From: Candidatus Nanopelagicales bacterium
GTDB taxonomy: Bacteria > Actinomycetota > Actinomycetes > S36-B12
NCBI GenBank assembly: GCA_028687755.1
Contig: JAQTZL010000002.1
Location: 148,459-212,458 of the forward strand
Direction of reading: 5' to 3'
DNA: 64,000 nt
The position numbers and the translations under genes were made by a program. A model generated the notes under the pieces. That model had not been told where the DNA came from, did no database searches, and was given only the letters and a program-made list of their open reading frames with translations. Positions 9,291 to 17,039 of this stretch are shown in pieces; position 1 is the first letter of the stretch; every line of letters starts with the position of its first letter.

Positions 9291-10165
9291 GCCAACAAAC
9301 CTTGTGGAACATGATGCTTGGCACCGAAGTGGTGTATCGCGATGCAAAGGGAACGCGCACGCGTTGTATTGAAGCTGGAAGCGGGCCAGCGATTTTCTTG
9401 CTCCATGGCACTGGTGGGCACGCAGAAGCATGGGCCAATAACTTCAACGACCTTGCGAAGCATTTCCATGTCATTGCCTTTGATTTTGTTGGCCATGGGC
9501 TGAGCGATAAGCGCACCGATATTGAGTATTTAATTCCCGATTACGTTCAACAGGTCCGTGACCTGATGGATGTTATGGGTATTGAGAAGGCTGCTTTTGT
9601 TGGGTTGTCCCTTGGAGCATGGGTTGCCTCGTGGTTAGCAATTGAAAGCCCTGAACGTGTCTGCTGTGTAGTGAATGCAACTGGTGCAGTGTTCCGTTGG
9701 CCTGAAGGTCAGCCAGCTAATGAAGCCAAAGACCGTGATTCCTGGAAGAAAGCCAATGATGAATTGGCAACTTTGAATCGTGACACTGTGCGCAATCGTC
9801 TACATACCCTGTTTCACAACACGGACCGCTGCCCAGAAGAACTCGTTGATTTGCGCCTAGCGTTGTATTCGCAACCAGGCGCATCCGAACTCATTCCGGC
9901 ATTGCATCAGATGATTCCGTATGACTCGCCAGGGCGAGTGAAGTTCGGTCTGACTCCTGAACTCTTGGAATCGATTTCGGTACCGGTGCTGTACCTCTGG
10001 GGAGAACACAATCCAGGTGGTTCGGTGAAAGGCGCACAACGTGCTGCAGAAATTACTCCACAGGGAGAACTCAAGGTGATTGCTGATGCAGGTCATTGGC
10101 CGCAGTGGGAACAGCCTGAAGCATTCAACGAGATTGTTACTGAATATGTGGAGGCCCATAAATGA
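9287..10165 (+). CDS. alpha/beta-fold hydrolase (C-C hydrolase-like)
   Basis: FLLHGTGGHAEAW and nucleophile elbow GLSLGA. ATGA overlap with the upstream gene. Confidence 0.75.
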   Translation: MSQQTLWNMMLGTEVVYRDAKGTRTRCIEAGSGPAIFLLHGTGGHAEAWANNFNDLAKHFHVIAFDFVGHGLSDKRTDIEYLIPDYVQQVRDLMDVMGIEKAAFVGLSLGAWVASWLAIESPERVCCVVNATGAVFRWPEGQPANEAKDRDSWKKANDELATLNRDTVRNRLHTLFHNTDRCPEELVDLRLALYSQPGASELIPALHQMIPYDSPGRVKFGLTPELLESISVPVLYLWGEHNPGGSVKGAQRAAEITPQGELKVIADAGHWPQWEQPEAFNEIVTEYVEAHK

Positions 10166-11031
10166 GCGCAAAATTCTTAAGCGTGTGTGCTTCACATAGT
10201 CCGCTGCTTGAAAATGTTGATGCAGGCGATGCTGGCGTGACTTTCTTTAGCGCAATCGAAGAAGCAAAAGCAACGATTGCGGCTTTTGATCCTGAACTCG
10301 TTGTGTTTTTTGGACCTGACCATTTCCGTGCCCTCCAAGGAATTGTTCCTCCCATCACGATTGCCACATCAGCGATTGGATTTGGCGACTGGGGAACGTC
10401 AGAAGATCCATACGAAGTTCCGTCTGAACTTGCCGACCACCTTGCAGCACATGTGCTCGCAGACGGATTTGATGTGGCCGTCGGTAGCGATGTGCGCATT
10501 GATCACGGCTTTGGTCAAACGTTTATGCAGCTGTTTGGTTCGCTGAACGCCATTCCAGTGATTCCAGTAGTACTCAACTGCGCTTCCATGCCGCGAACCT
10601 CTGTAGCTCGTGCCATCGATTTCGCTCAATCGGTCGGTGCCTTCATGGCCACAACTAATAAGCGAGTGCTTTTCTTAGGCTCAGGCGGCCTTTCTCACCA
10701 GCCGCCGTCAATGAGCGCTGAAGTTCGTGCCTTGCCATCAGAAGAGCGCGAGGCAATTGCTCGCAAGTCTGTTCTTGACGCCGCGAAGTTCGTCAACGCG
10801 CAATGGGATGAGAAGTTCCTCGAAGCGTTAACGACCAGTAATTGGTCAGTTTTACGCGAATATCAAGATCCTGAACTCACCTCGGTGGGTTCAGGTACAC
10901 ATGAAATTCGCACGTGGGTCGCAGCCTGGGCAGCCGCAGGCGCCTCAGCTGGTCGATTCACCTATGTACCTATTCCCGAATGGATCACCGGCATGGGTGT
11001 TGCGGTGAGTTCAGTGGGGAATAGTAAATGA
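10162..11031 (+). CDS. class III (LigB-family) extradiol ring-cleavage dioxygenase, MhpB-like
   Basis: N-terminus CASHSPLL, FGPDHF and GSGGLSHQPP motifs typical of 2,3-dihydroxyphenylpropionate 1,2-dioxygenase-type enzymes. ATGA overlap upstream. Confidence 0.7.
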   Translation: MSAKFLSVCASHSPLLENVDAGDAGVTFFSAIEEAKATIAAFDPELVVFFGPDHFRALQGIVPPITIATSAIGFGDWGTSEDPYEVPSELADHLAAHVLADGFDVAVGSDVRIDHGFGQTFMQLFGSLNAIPVIPVVLNCASMPRTSVARAIDFAQSVGAFMATTNKRVLFLGSGGLSHQPPSMSAEVRALPSEEREAIARKSVLDAAKFVNAQWDEKFLEALTTSNWSVLREYQDPELTSVGSGTHEIRTWVAAWAAAGASAGRFTYVPIPEWITGMGVAVSSVGNSK

Positions 11032-11077
11032 GCACCAACGCCAGCAAAGTTCCATCACTACAAAGGAGTGTCACGCA

Positions 11078-12238
11078 ATGAGATTCGGTTTATTCCTTTC
11101 TCCTTTCCATTCGGCGAGGGCAAACACCACGCGTGCATTGCACCGCGACCTTGACCTGATCGAGCACCTTGATTACTTGGGCTTCGATGAAGTTGTGTTC
11201 GGTGAGCACCATTCAGGCGGCATGGAACTGATCCCTGCACCTGACCTCTTCATCGCTGCTGCAGCGCGTCGTACCGAGCGCATCATTCTTGGTTCAGGTG
11301 TGGTGTCGCTTGCGTACCACAACCCGTTCCTCACTGCTGAGCGTTATGCAACGCTTGATCACCTCACCAATGGCCGCTTGCTCATGGGTGTTGGCCCAGG
11401 CGCATTGCCACAAGACGCATTGATGATGGGTATCCATCCAAATGACCAGCGTCGCCGCATGGAAGAGTGCCTTGACGTCATCATGAAGTTGCTGCGCACT
11501 GATGAGCCAGTGACCATGAAGACCGACTGGTTCGAACTCAACGAAGCGATCTTGCAGTTCAAGCCAATGACTGATTTCGAAATCGCGACCGTGTGTGTGG
11601 TTTCACCTTCAGGCCCAGCACTCGCTGGTAAGCACAACCTCTCGATGATTTCGACTGCGGCAACCACTGAAGGTGGATTCGCTGCGCTTGCTAATCACAT
11701 GTCTATTGCTGAGGAATCAGCTGAACGTCATGGTCAGCCAAAGCCATCCCGTGATAACTGGCGCCTTGTTGGCCCGATGCACATTGCGGAAACGCGTGAG
11801 CAGGCTGAAAAGGATGTCGGCTACGGCATGGACGAGATGGTTGCTCAGTGGCTTCGTATCACCGAAGTGTGGGCTGCTGCTCTGAACAAGCCTTCGCGTT
11901 ACCAAGAAGGCAAGACCTCGATTCAGATGGTTCAAGAATCAGGCGCTGGCATCATCGGTACGCCAGATGATGCTGTTCAGCAGATTCTTCGTCTCCAGGA
12001 GCAAACTGGTGGCTTCGGTACCTACATGCTCATGGGTCACGAATGGGCTAACCCAGAAGCAACCAAGCGTTCCTACGAACTCTTTGCTGAGTACGTGATT
12101 CCTGAGGTTAATCGTCAGAGCAAGCGCAAGATTGACTCACAGAATGGCTTCTTTGAGTTCCTCGATGAGGGTCGTGAGCTTGGCGCGAATGCTGTTCGTC
12201 AAGCAATTGCAAATTACGACGCTAAAAAATCATTCTGA
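11078..12238 (+). CDS. LLM-class flavin-dependent monooxygenase, LimB-like, paralog 2
   Basis: MRFGLFLSPFHS...GFDEVVFGEHHS...GVGPGALP. AAAGGAG SD. Shares the TMKTDWFELN block with 7216-8415. Confidence 0.8.
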   Translation: MRFGLFLSPFHSARANTTRALHRDLDLIEHLDYLGFDEVVFGEHHSGGMELIPAPDLFIAAAARRTERIILGSGVVSLAYHNPFLTAERYATLDHLTNGRLLMGVGPGALPQDALMMGIHPNDQRRRMEECLDVIMKLLRTDEPVTMKTDWFELNEAILQFKPMTDFEIATVCVVSPSGPALAGKHNLSMISTAATTEGGFAALANHMSIAEESAERHGQPKPSRDNWRLVGPMHIAETREQAEKDVGYGMDEMVAQWLRITEVWAAALNKPSRYQEGKTSIQMVQESGAGIIGTPDDAVQQILRLQEQTGGFGTYMLMGHEWANPEATKRSYELFAEYVIPEVNRQSKRKIDSQNGFFEFLDEGRELGANAVRQAIANYDAKKSF

Positions 12239-12273
12239 TCTAACCGCACCTCGAAAAGAAAGCAGAAACGTTC

Positions 12274-12843
12274 ATGTTGATCGTCGGAATTGGCGGCACG
12301 GTAAGCCCAACCTCATCAAGTGATGGCGCATTGCGCATTGCTCTTGATGAGGCACAACGCCAAGGCGCTGAGGTAAAGATTTTCTCGGGTGACCTGTTGA
12401 AGAAGCTTCCAATGTATGACCCAACAGATCCAGATCGCACTCCTGAAGCCAAGGAGTTCGTTGAGGCGATGCGTGCAGCCTCTGGAATCATCATTTCTGC
12501 TGCGGCCTACCACGGCTCGATTTCTGGAATGCTCAAGAACGCATTGGATTACACCGAAGATATGGCGCGCGATGAGCGCTCATATTTTGCGGGTATTCCC
12601 GTTGGCAGCATCGCTGTAGCTAAGGGCTATCAAGCAGCGGTGAACACCCTCTCCACGATTCGCATGATTGTTCATGCACTTCGTGGTTGGCCAACGCCAT
12701 ATGGCTGTGTTGTGAACACCGCAACCGATGAAGGAGGAACCGGAGTGGCTGGCGCCGAAGAAGGTCTCCGCATGGTTGCAAGCGAGGTTGTTCATATGGC
12801 TCGTGCTTTTGAGTCACATGCTCAGATTGTGGCCAATTCGTGA
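12274..12843 (+). CDS. NAD(P)H-dependent FMN reductase
   Basis: IVGIGGTVSPTSSS...IIISAAAYHGSISGMLKNALDY, the flavodoxin-like FMN_red pattern. Confidence 0.75.
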   Translation: MLIVGIGGTVSPTSSSDGALRIALDEAQRQGAEVKIFSGDLLKKLPMYDPTDPDRTPEAKEFVEAMRAASGIIISAAAYHGSISGMLKNALDYTEDMARDERSYFAGIPVGSIAVAKGYQAAVNTLSTIRMIVHALRGWPTPYGCVVNTATDEGGTGVAGAEEGLRMVASEVVHMARAFESHAQIVANS

Positions 12844-13676
12844 ATGCACCAAGTAATCCAGAAATTGGATTAAGCCTTCGTCACGACACCTTCACCACCA
12901 ACTATCACGATGGTGGTGAAGGTGACGTGGTGTTGCTGATTCACGGTTCAGGGCCTGGTGTCAGCGCCTATGCAAACTGGCGCTTGATCCTTCCTGAATT
13001 GGCTAAGAAGTATCGAGTGCTCGCGCCGGATGTCGCCGGGTTTGGTTTCACGGAGATCGACGGCGATGTTGTGCCCCGCACTGATGACTGGGTCCGTCAC
13101 ATCAAGACCTTCCTTGACGAACTTGGTGTAGCCAAGGTGTCAATCATTGGGAACTCATTTGGTGGAGCACTCGCGCTCTGGTTCGCATCGACTTACCCAG
13201 ACATGGTTGATCGCCTTGTACTCATGGGTAGCGTCGGCGCATCCTTTGAACTTACCGATGGATTAGACGCCGTATGGGGTTACGAACCATCTGTTGAAGC
13301 GATGGAAAACCTCCTCGAAATCTTCACGTATGACCGAAGCCTGTTGCCGGCCAATCTTGGCGAATTGCGTTACCAGGCTTCCATTAAGACAGGTGCTCAA
13401 GAACGTTGGGAATCACTCTTCCCAGCTCCTCGTCAGCAATGGATTGAACTCCTTGCATTGACCTCTGAACAATTTGCTCGCGTCACACATCCAACGCTGT
13501 TGGTACATGGTCGTGAAGATCAAGTGATTCCGTTGGAAAGCTCAATGACTTTGTTGCAATCAATCGATGATGCGCAACTTCATGTGTTCCCACACACAGG
13601 TCACTGGGTGCAAATCGAACGTGCCGCAGATTTCACTGAACTCGCGACTGACTTCCTAGCAAAGGCAGGCAAGTAG
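12840..13676 (+). CDS. meta-cleavage product (2-hydroxy-6-oxo-dienoate) hydrolase, BphD/MhpC/HsaD family
   Basis: LLIHGSGPGVSAYANW, nucleophile GNSFGG and a C-terminal HTGHWVQIE. GTGA overlap upstream. Confidence 0.8.
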   Translation: MNAPSNPEIGLSLRHDTFTTNYHDGGEGDVVLLIHGSGPGVSAYANWRLILPELAKKYRVLAPDVAGFGFTEIDGDVVPRTDDWVRHIKTFLDELGVAKVSIIGNSFGGALALWFASTYPDMVDRLVLMGSVGASFELTDGLDAVWGYEPSVEAMENLLEIFTYDRSLLPANLGELRYQASIKTGAQERWESLFPAPRQQWIELLALTSEQFARVTHPTLLVHGREDQVIPLESSMTLLQSIDDAQLHVFPHTGHWVQIERAADFTELATDFLAKAGK

Positions 13677-13678
13677 TC

Positions 13679-14836
13679 ATGAGTCAATCCGCAGCCATCA
13701 CGGGCATGGGTGTTGTTATTTGCGGTCCGAATGAAATCCCGGATGCAACTGGCAATGCTCTTTCGGCAATTTCCATGGCTGCGCAAGAGGCCGGTATCGA
13801 TCTTCGTGACATTGATGGTCTTTTGATCAACCAAAATGAGTTGATCGCCGATGATCACCTCACCTTAGATCTTTCTCGCCGTGGCGCTTTTGGCACTCTC
13901 AAAGTGCTCTACGAACTTGAGTCAAAGGGCACCACGATGTCGGTGTTGCTGAAGCAAGCATCTGACATGGTCAATGCTGGTGAAGCTGACAACATCGTGG
14001 TGGTGTTTGCTGATGCTGCTATCTCACCGAATGCCCCATCCGGTGCTGCATTCGCAAGCATGGGTGGCGATACCGGCTACCGAGGCCTTGAGCGCGCAGG
14101 CGGAATGCTGGGAGCTGTGGCGGCGTATGCGTTAATCGCGCAGCACTACTTTGTGGAACGCAACGCAGGAATCGATGATCTCTTCGCGGTCGCTCAAAGC
14201 CAGCGCTCCTGGGCAGTTGAAAATCCACTTGCTTGGATTCGTGAGCCACTGACTCGCGAAAAATATGATGCGGCACCTCTTGTCGCTGATCCACTACGCC
14301 GTCTGGACTGTGCTCGTCCTGTCAGCGGTGCTGCTGCCTTCATCGTGTCCAAGCCCAGTGCCGCCAATACATTGAACCCTGTATTTGTTCGCGGTATGGC
14401 GCAACGTCACACCATGCGACGCCGTCACGCGCCACATTCGCCATGGCGCCCAGTGGGCGCAGCTGATGTGTTCACTGATGCGCTGAAGCAAGCGCGCATC
14501 GCTTCAACTGCGATCGACAATCTGCAGATCTATGACGCGTTCACGATTGTTCCGCTTGTGATGATGGAAGAGCTGGGAGTCGTGGGGCCAGGGGAGGCAG
14601 GCAGTTTTATTGCCTCCGGAAACACTCGACATGGCGGGTCATTGCCGGTGAACACTGGCGGTGGGCAGATTTCTGGGTTCTACTTACAGGGAGCAACCCC
14701 ACTGATTGAGGCTGTCACCCAATTACGTGGGCAGGGCGGGAATCGTCAGATTGCCGATGCCAGTACGTCAATGGTTGTCTCGGTTGGCGGTCGTCTTGAA
14801 AGCGTGAACGCACTCGTGATGGGAGTTCAGCAATGA
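13679..14836 (+). CDS. thiolase-fold protein of SCP-x/Ltp type lacking the catalytic cysteines
   Basis: Thiolase-like blocks (AGEADNIVVVFAD, LRRLDCARPVSGAAAFIV, VNTGGGQISGFYLQGATPLIEAVTQLRG) are present. The only Cys residues are at positions 15 and 210. Confidence 0.7.
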   Translation: MSQSAAITGMGVVICGPNEIPDATGNALSAISMAAQEAGIDLRDIDGLLINQNELIADDHLTLDLSRRGAFGTLKVLYELESKGTTMSVLLKQASDMVNAGEADNIVVVFADAAISPNAPSGAAFASMGGDTGYRGLERAGGMLGAVAAYALIAQHYFVERNAGIDDLFAVAQSQRSWAVENPLAWIREPLTREKYDAAPLVADPLRRLDCARPVSGAAAFIVSKPSAANTLNPVFVRGMAQRHTMRRRHAPHSPWRPVGAADVFTDALKQARIASTAIDNLQIYDAFTIVPLVMMEELGVVGPGEAGSFIASGNTRHGGSLPVNTGGGQISGFYLQGATPLIEAVTQLRGQGGNRQIADASTSMVVSVGGRLESVNALVMGVQQ

Positions 14837-15261
14837 CCATCGACTGGCTCCTCCACGACTCAGCCGCCCCCAGCGATGTAGCTCCACTGACTGAATACTT
14901 GGCAGGCTCAGCACAAGGAACGCTTGTGCTGCCATTTTGTGCAGCATGCAAGCATCCCCTTGACCTTGATCAACTCCATTGCGATGAGTGCGCACATCAG
15001 GAACGAGTATGGGAAACAGTTGAACCGGCAGGTCGCGTGACTGTCTCCATAATGATGAATCGCGTCGATGCTCGTTATGTGAAACAGGAAGCGGCTTATC
15101 CAGTGATTGAAGTGTCACTGAACTCCGGACACCGCATCATCGTGTCCACCAGCACGGTTTCTGAAGCGCCAATGGCCCCAGGCACAGAAGTTTGCCTTGA
15201 GTTTGTTCGCGTCGGTACCCAAAACATCCCACGCATCATCAACACCACAGTGAAAGGTTGA
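14833..15261 (+). CDS. DUF35 OB-fold / zinc-ribbon protein (thiolase partner)
   Basis: Zn ribbon CAACKHPLDLDQLHCDEC followed by an OB-like C-terminal half. ATGA overlap with the thiolase-like gene. Confidence 0.7.
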   Translation: MTIDWLLHDSAAPSDVAPLTEYLAGSAQGTLVLPFCAACKHPLDLDQLHCDECAHQERVWETVEPAGRVTVSIMMNRVDARYVKQEAAYPVIEVSLNSGHRIIVSTSTVSEAPMAPGTEVCLEFVRVGTQNIPRIINTTVKG

Positions 15262-15266
15262 CAGAG

Positions 15267-16553
15267 ATGACAGCTCAAATGGATCGCGCAGCATCGATCG
15301 ATATTGCTTCGCTTATTCAGCATGATCGAATTCATGGATCGCTCTACACCGATCCAGCTATTTTCGATCTGGAAATGACTGCGTTGTTCGAGAACGCATG
15401 GGTCTTCGTCGGTCACGACAGTGAGATTCCAGAAAAAGGTGATTACCTCACTCGTCGCATCGGCCGTCAGCCAGTCATCGTTGCTCGCGGCAAAGATGAA
15501 GTAGTTCGTGTATTACTGAACCGCTGCACCCACCGCGCAAACATGTTGTGCCGTGCGGATTCTGGCAATGCTGCACTCTTCCGCTGCCCGTATCACGGTT
15601 GGACATATGCCAATGATGGTCGCCTGCAGGGTGTGCCATTCCGTGAAGGCTATGACCAAGAAATGGCTGAAATGCGATCAGAGCTTGGGATGGCTCAAGC
15701 GCATCAGGTTGAGATCTATGGTGGATTCATCTTTGCCAATCTTTATGGCAACGCAGGAAGTTTCGATGATTACATCGGCCGCGCAAAGGGACCAATCGAT
15801 CGCCTGTTGAGTCTTTCGCCTGAAGGCCGCATTGAATTGCGCGGTGGCTGGATGAAGCACAAGTCAGCAGCGAACTGGAAGATCGTTAACGAGTCACAGG
15901 TTGATGGGTACCACCCGCTCTTTACTCACGAGTCGGTCTATAAGGCAATCATGCCGGCCAAGGTTGACTACGCATCTGACGAGTTACTCGTTGCGACCCG
16001 CGACCTTGGCGGCGGCCACAATGAAGTTGATTACTCGCGTGAGTACCAGGCACAAGATGATGAATTCATCTGGTTCAAGCGCACCCCTCGCGAAAAGATG
16101 GCTAAGTACGTAGCTGCTATGGAAGCAGCAGTAGGCGCAGAAGAAACGCATAAGCGTTTTGTTGATGGTCCTCCGCATACATTTATTTGGCCGAACCTCT
16201 TCCTTGCTGAAATGCACGTGATCATGGTTGAGCCAGTAGCTGCAAATGAATCCATTCAGTACACCGCGCCAATTCATATTGCCGGTGGTGAAGAGATCAA
16301 TGCCCGCATTCTTCGCAATGCTGAAGGCGCCATGGGCCCAGCAGGCTTCTTGATCGCCGACGATGGCGAAATGGGTGAGCGCAACCAAGCAGGGTTGGCC
16401 GCAAAGCAGCCTGAATGGGCGCTGCTTTCACGCGGATTCAGTTCAGAAGTTCAGGAAGACAAGGGTCTGACTTCATACGACCGCACATCAGAAACCACCC
16501 AGCGCGCTATGTGGGTGCACTACAAGGAACTCATGGCAGGGGATCAGGCGTAA
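15267..16553 (+). CDS. Rieske [2Fe-2S] aromatic ring-hydroxylating oxygenase, alpha subunit
   Basis: Rieske motif CTHRANMLC...CPYHGW and mononuclear iron motif DGYHPLFTHE. GAAAGG lies 9 nt before ATG 15267. The track start, TTG 15258, overlaps the upstream stop. Confidence 0.9.
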   Translation: MTAQMDRAASIDIASLIQHDRIHGSLYTDPAIFDLEMTALFENAWVFVGHDSEIPEKGDYLTRRIGRQPVIVARGKDEVVRVLLNRCTHRANMLCRADSGNAALFRCPYHGWTYANDGRLQGVPFREGYDQEMAEMRSELGMAQAHQVEIYGGFIFANLYGNAGSFDDYIGRAKGPIDRLLSLSPEGRIELRGGWMKHKSAANWKIVNESQVDGYHPLFTHESVYKAIMPAKVDYASDELLVATRDLGGGHNEVDYSREYQAQDDEFIWFKRTPREKMAKYVAAMEAAVGAEETHKRFVDGPPHTFIWPNLFLAEMHVIMVEPVAANESIQYTAPIHIAGGEEINARILRNAEGAMGPAGFLIADDGEMGERNQAGLAAKQPEWALLSRGFSSEVQEDKGLTSYDRTSETTQRAMWVHYKELMAGDQA

Positions 16554-17026
16554 TGGCAAACACACATGTTCCCGATGACATCGCCGCTTTTCTCTACTTG
16601 GAAGCTCGATACGCAGATGAAAGTCGTTATGACGACTGGGAGTCGCTCTGGGCAGACGATGCGATTTATTGGTTGCCAACCAAAGACGACTCTGATCCGT
16701 CAGTAGATGTTTCATACATCTACGACAACCGCAGTCGCATCCATAGTCGTTTGGCGCAACTAAAAACTGGACGTCGTTATTCGCAGAGCCCGCCATCGAA
16801 AATGCGCCGCATGCTGAGCAACCTCGAAGTACTCAGTGAGCAAGGCGATGACATCAACATTGGCGCAAACTTTGTGTTGTATGAACACCGCAACGGCACA
16901 CATGTGTGGGCTGGTCGCTACCTCTACACCGTTCGTCGCACAGCCGATGGCCTGCAGTTAGTGAAGAAGACTGCACTGTTGGTCAACAACGAAGACGCCA
17001 TCCGCACCGTCGCGTTCATTATCTAA
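16553..17026 (+). CDS. ring-hydroxylating oxygenase beta subunit (NTF2-like)
   Basis: From the ATG in a TAATG overlap the sequence reads MANTHVPDDIAAFLYLEARYADESRYDDWESLWADDAIYWLP. The track ORF 16415 is an upstream extension inside the alpha gene. Confidence 0.8.
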   Translation: MANTHVPDDIAAFLYLEARYADESRYDDWESLWADDAIYWLPTKDDSDPSVDVSYIYDNRSRIHSRLAQLKTGRRYSQSPPSKMRRMLSNLEVLSEQGDDINIGANFVLYEHRNGTHVWAGRYLYTVRRTADGLQLVKKTALLVNNEDAIRTVAFII

Positions 17027-17039
17027 AGGACTCAAGAAC

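Noticed and set aside
16415-16552. N-terminal extensions of track ORFs: oxygenase beta subunit 16415, ACAD 33226, quinone oxidoreductase 34715, sirA 45941, META protein 45785, hemC 61681, SGNH hydrolase 1999, hemY 58937.
   Set aside because: In each case the extension overlaps the upstream gene, a terminator hairpin or a divergent promoter region. A downstream start with an SD, an overlap-coupling signal or a family-typical N-terminus is available.
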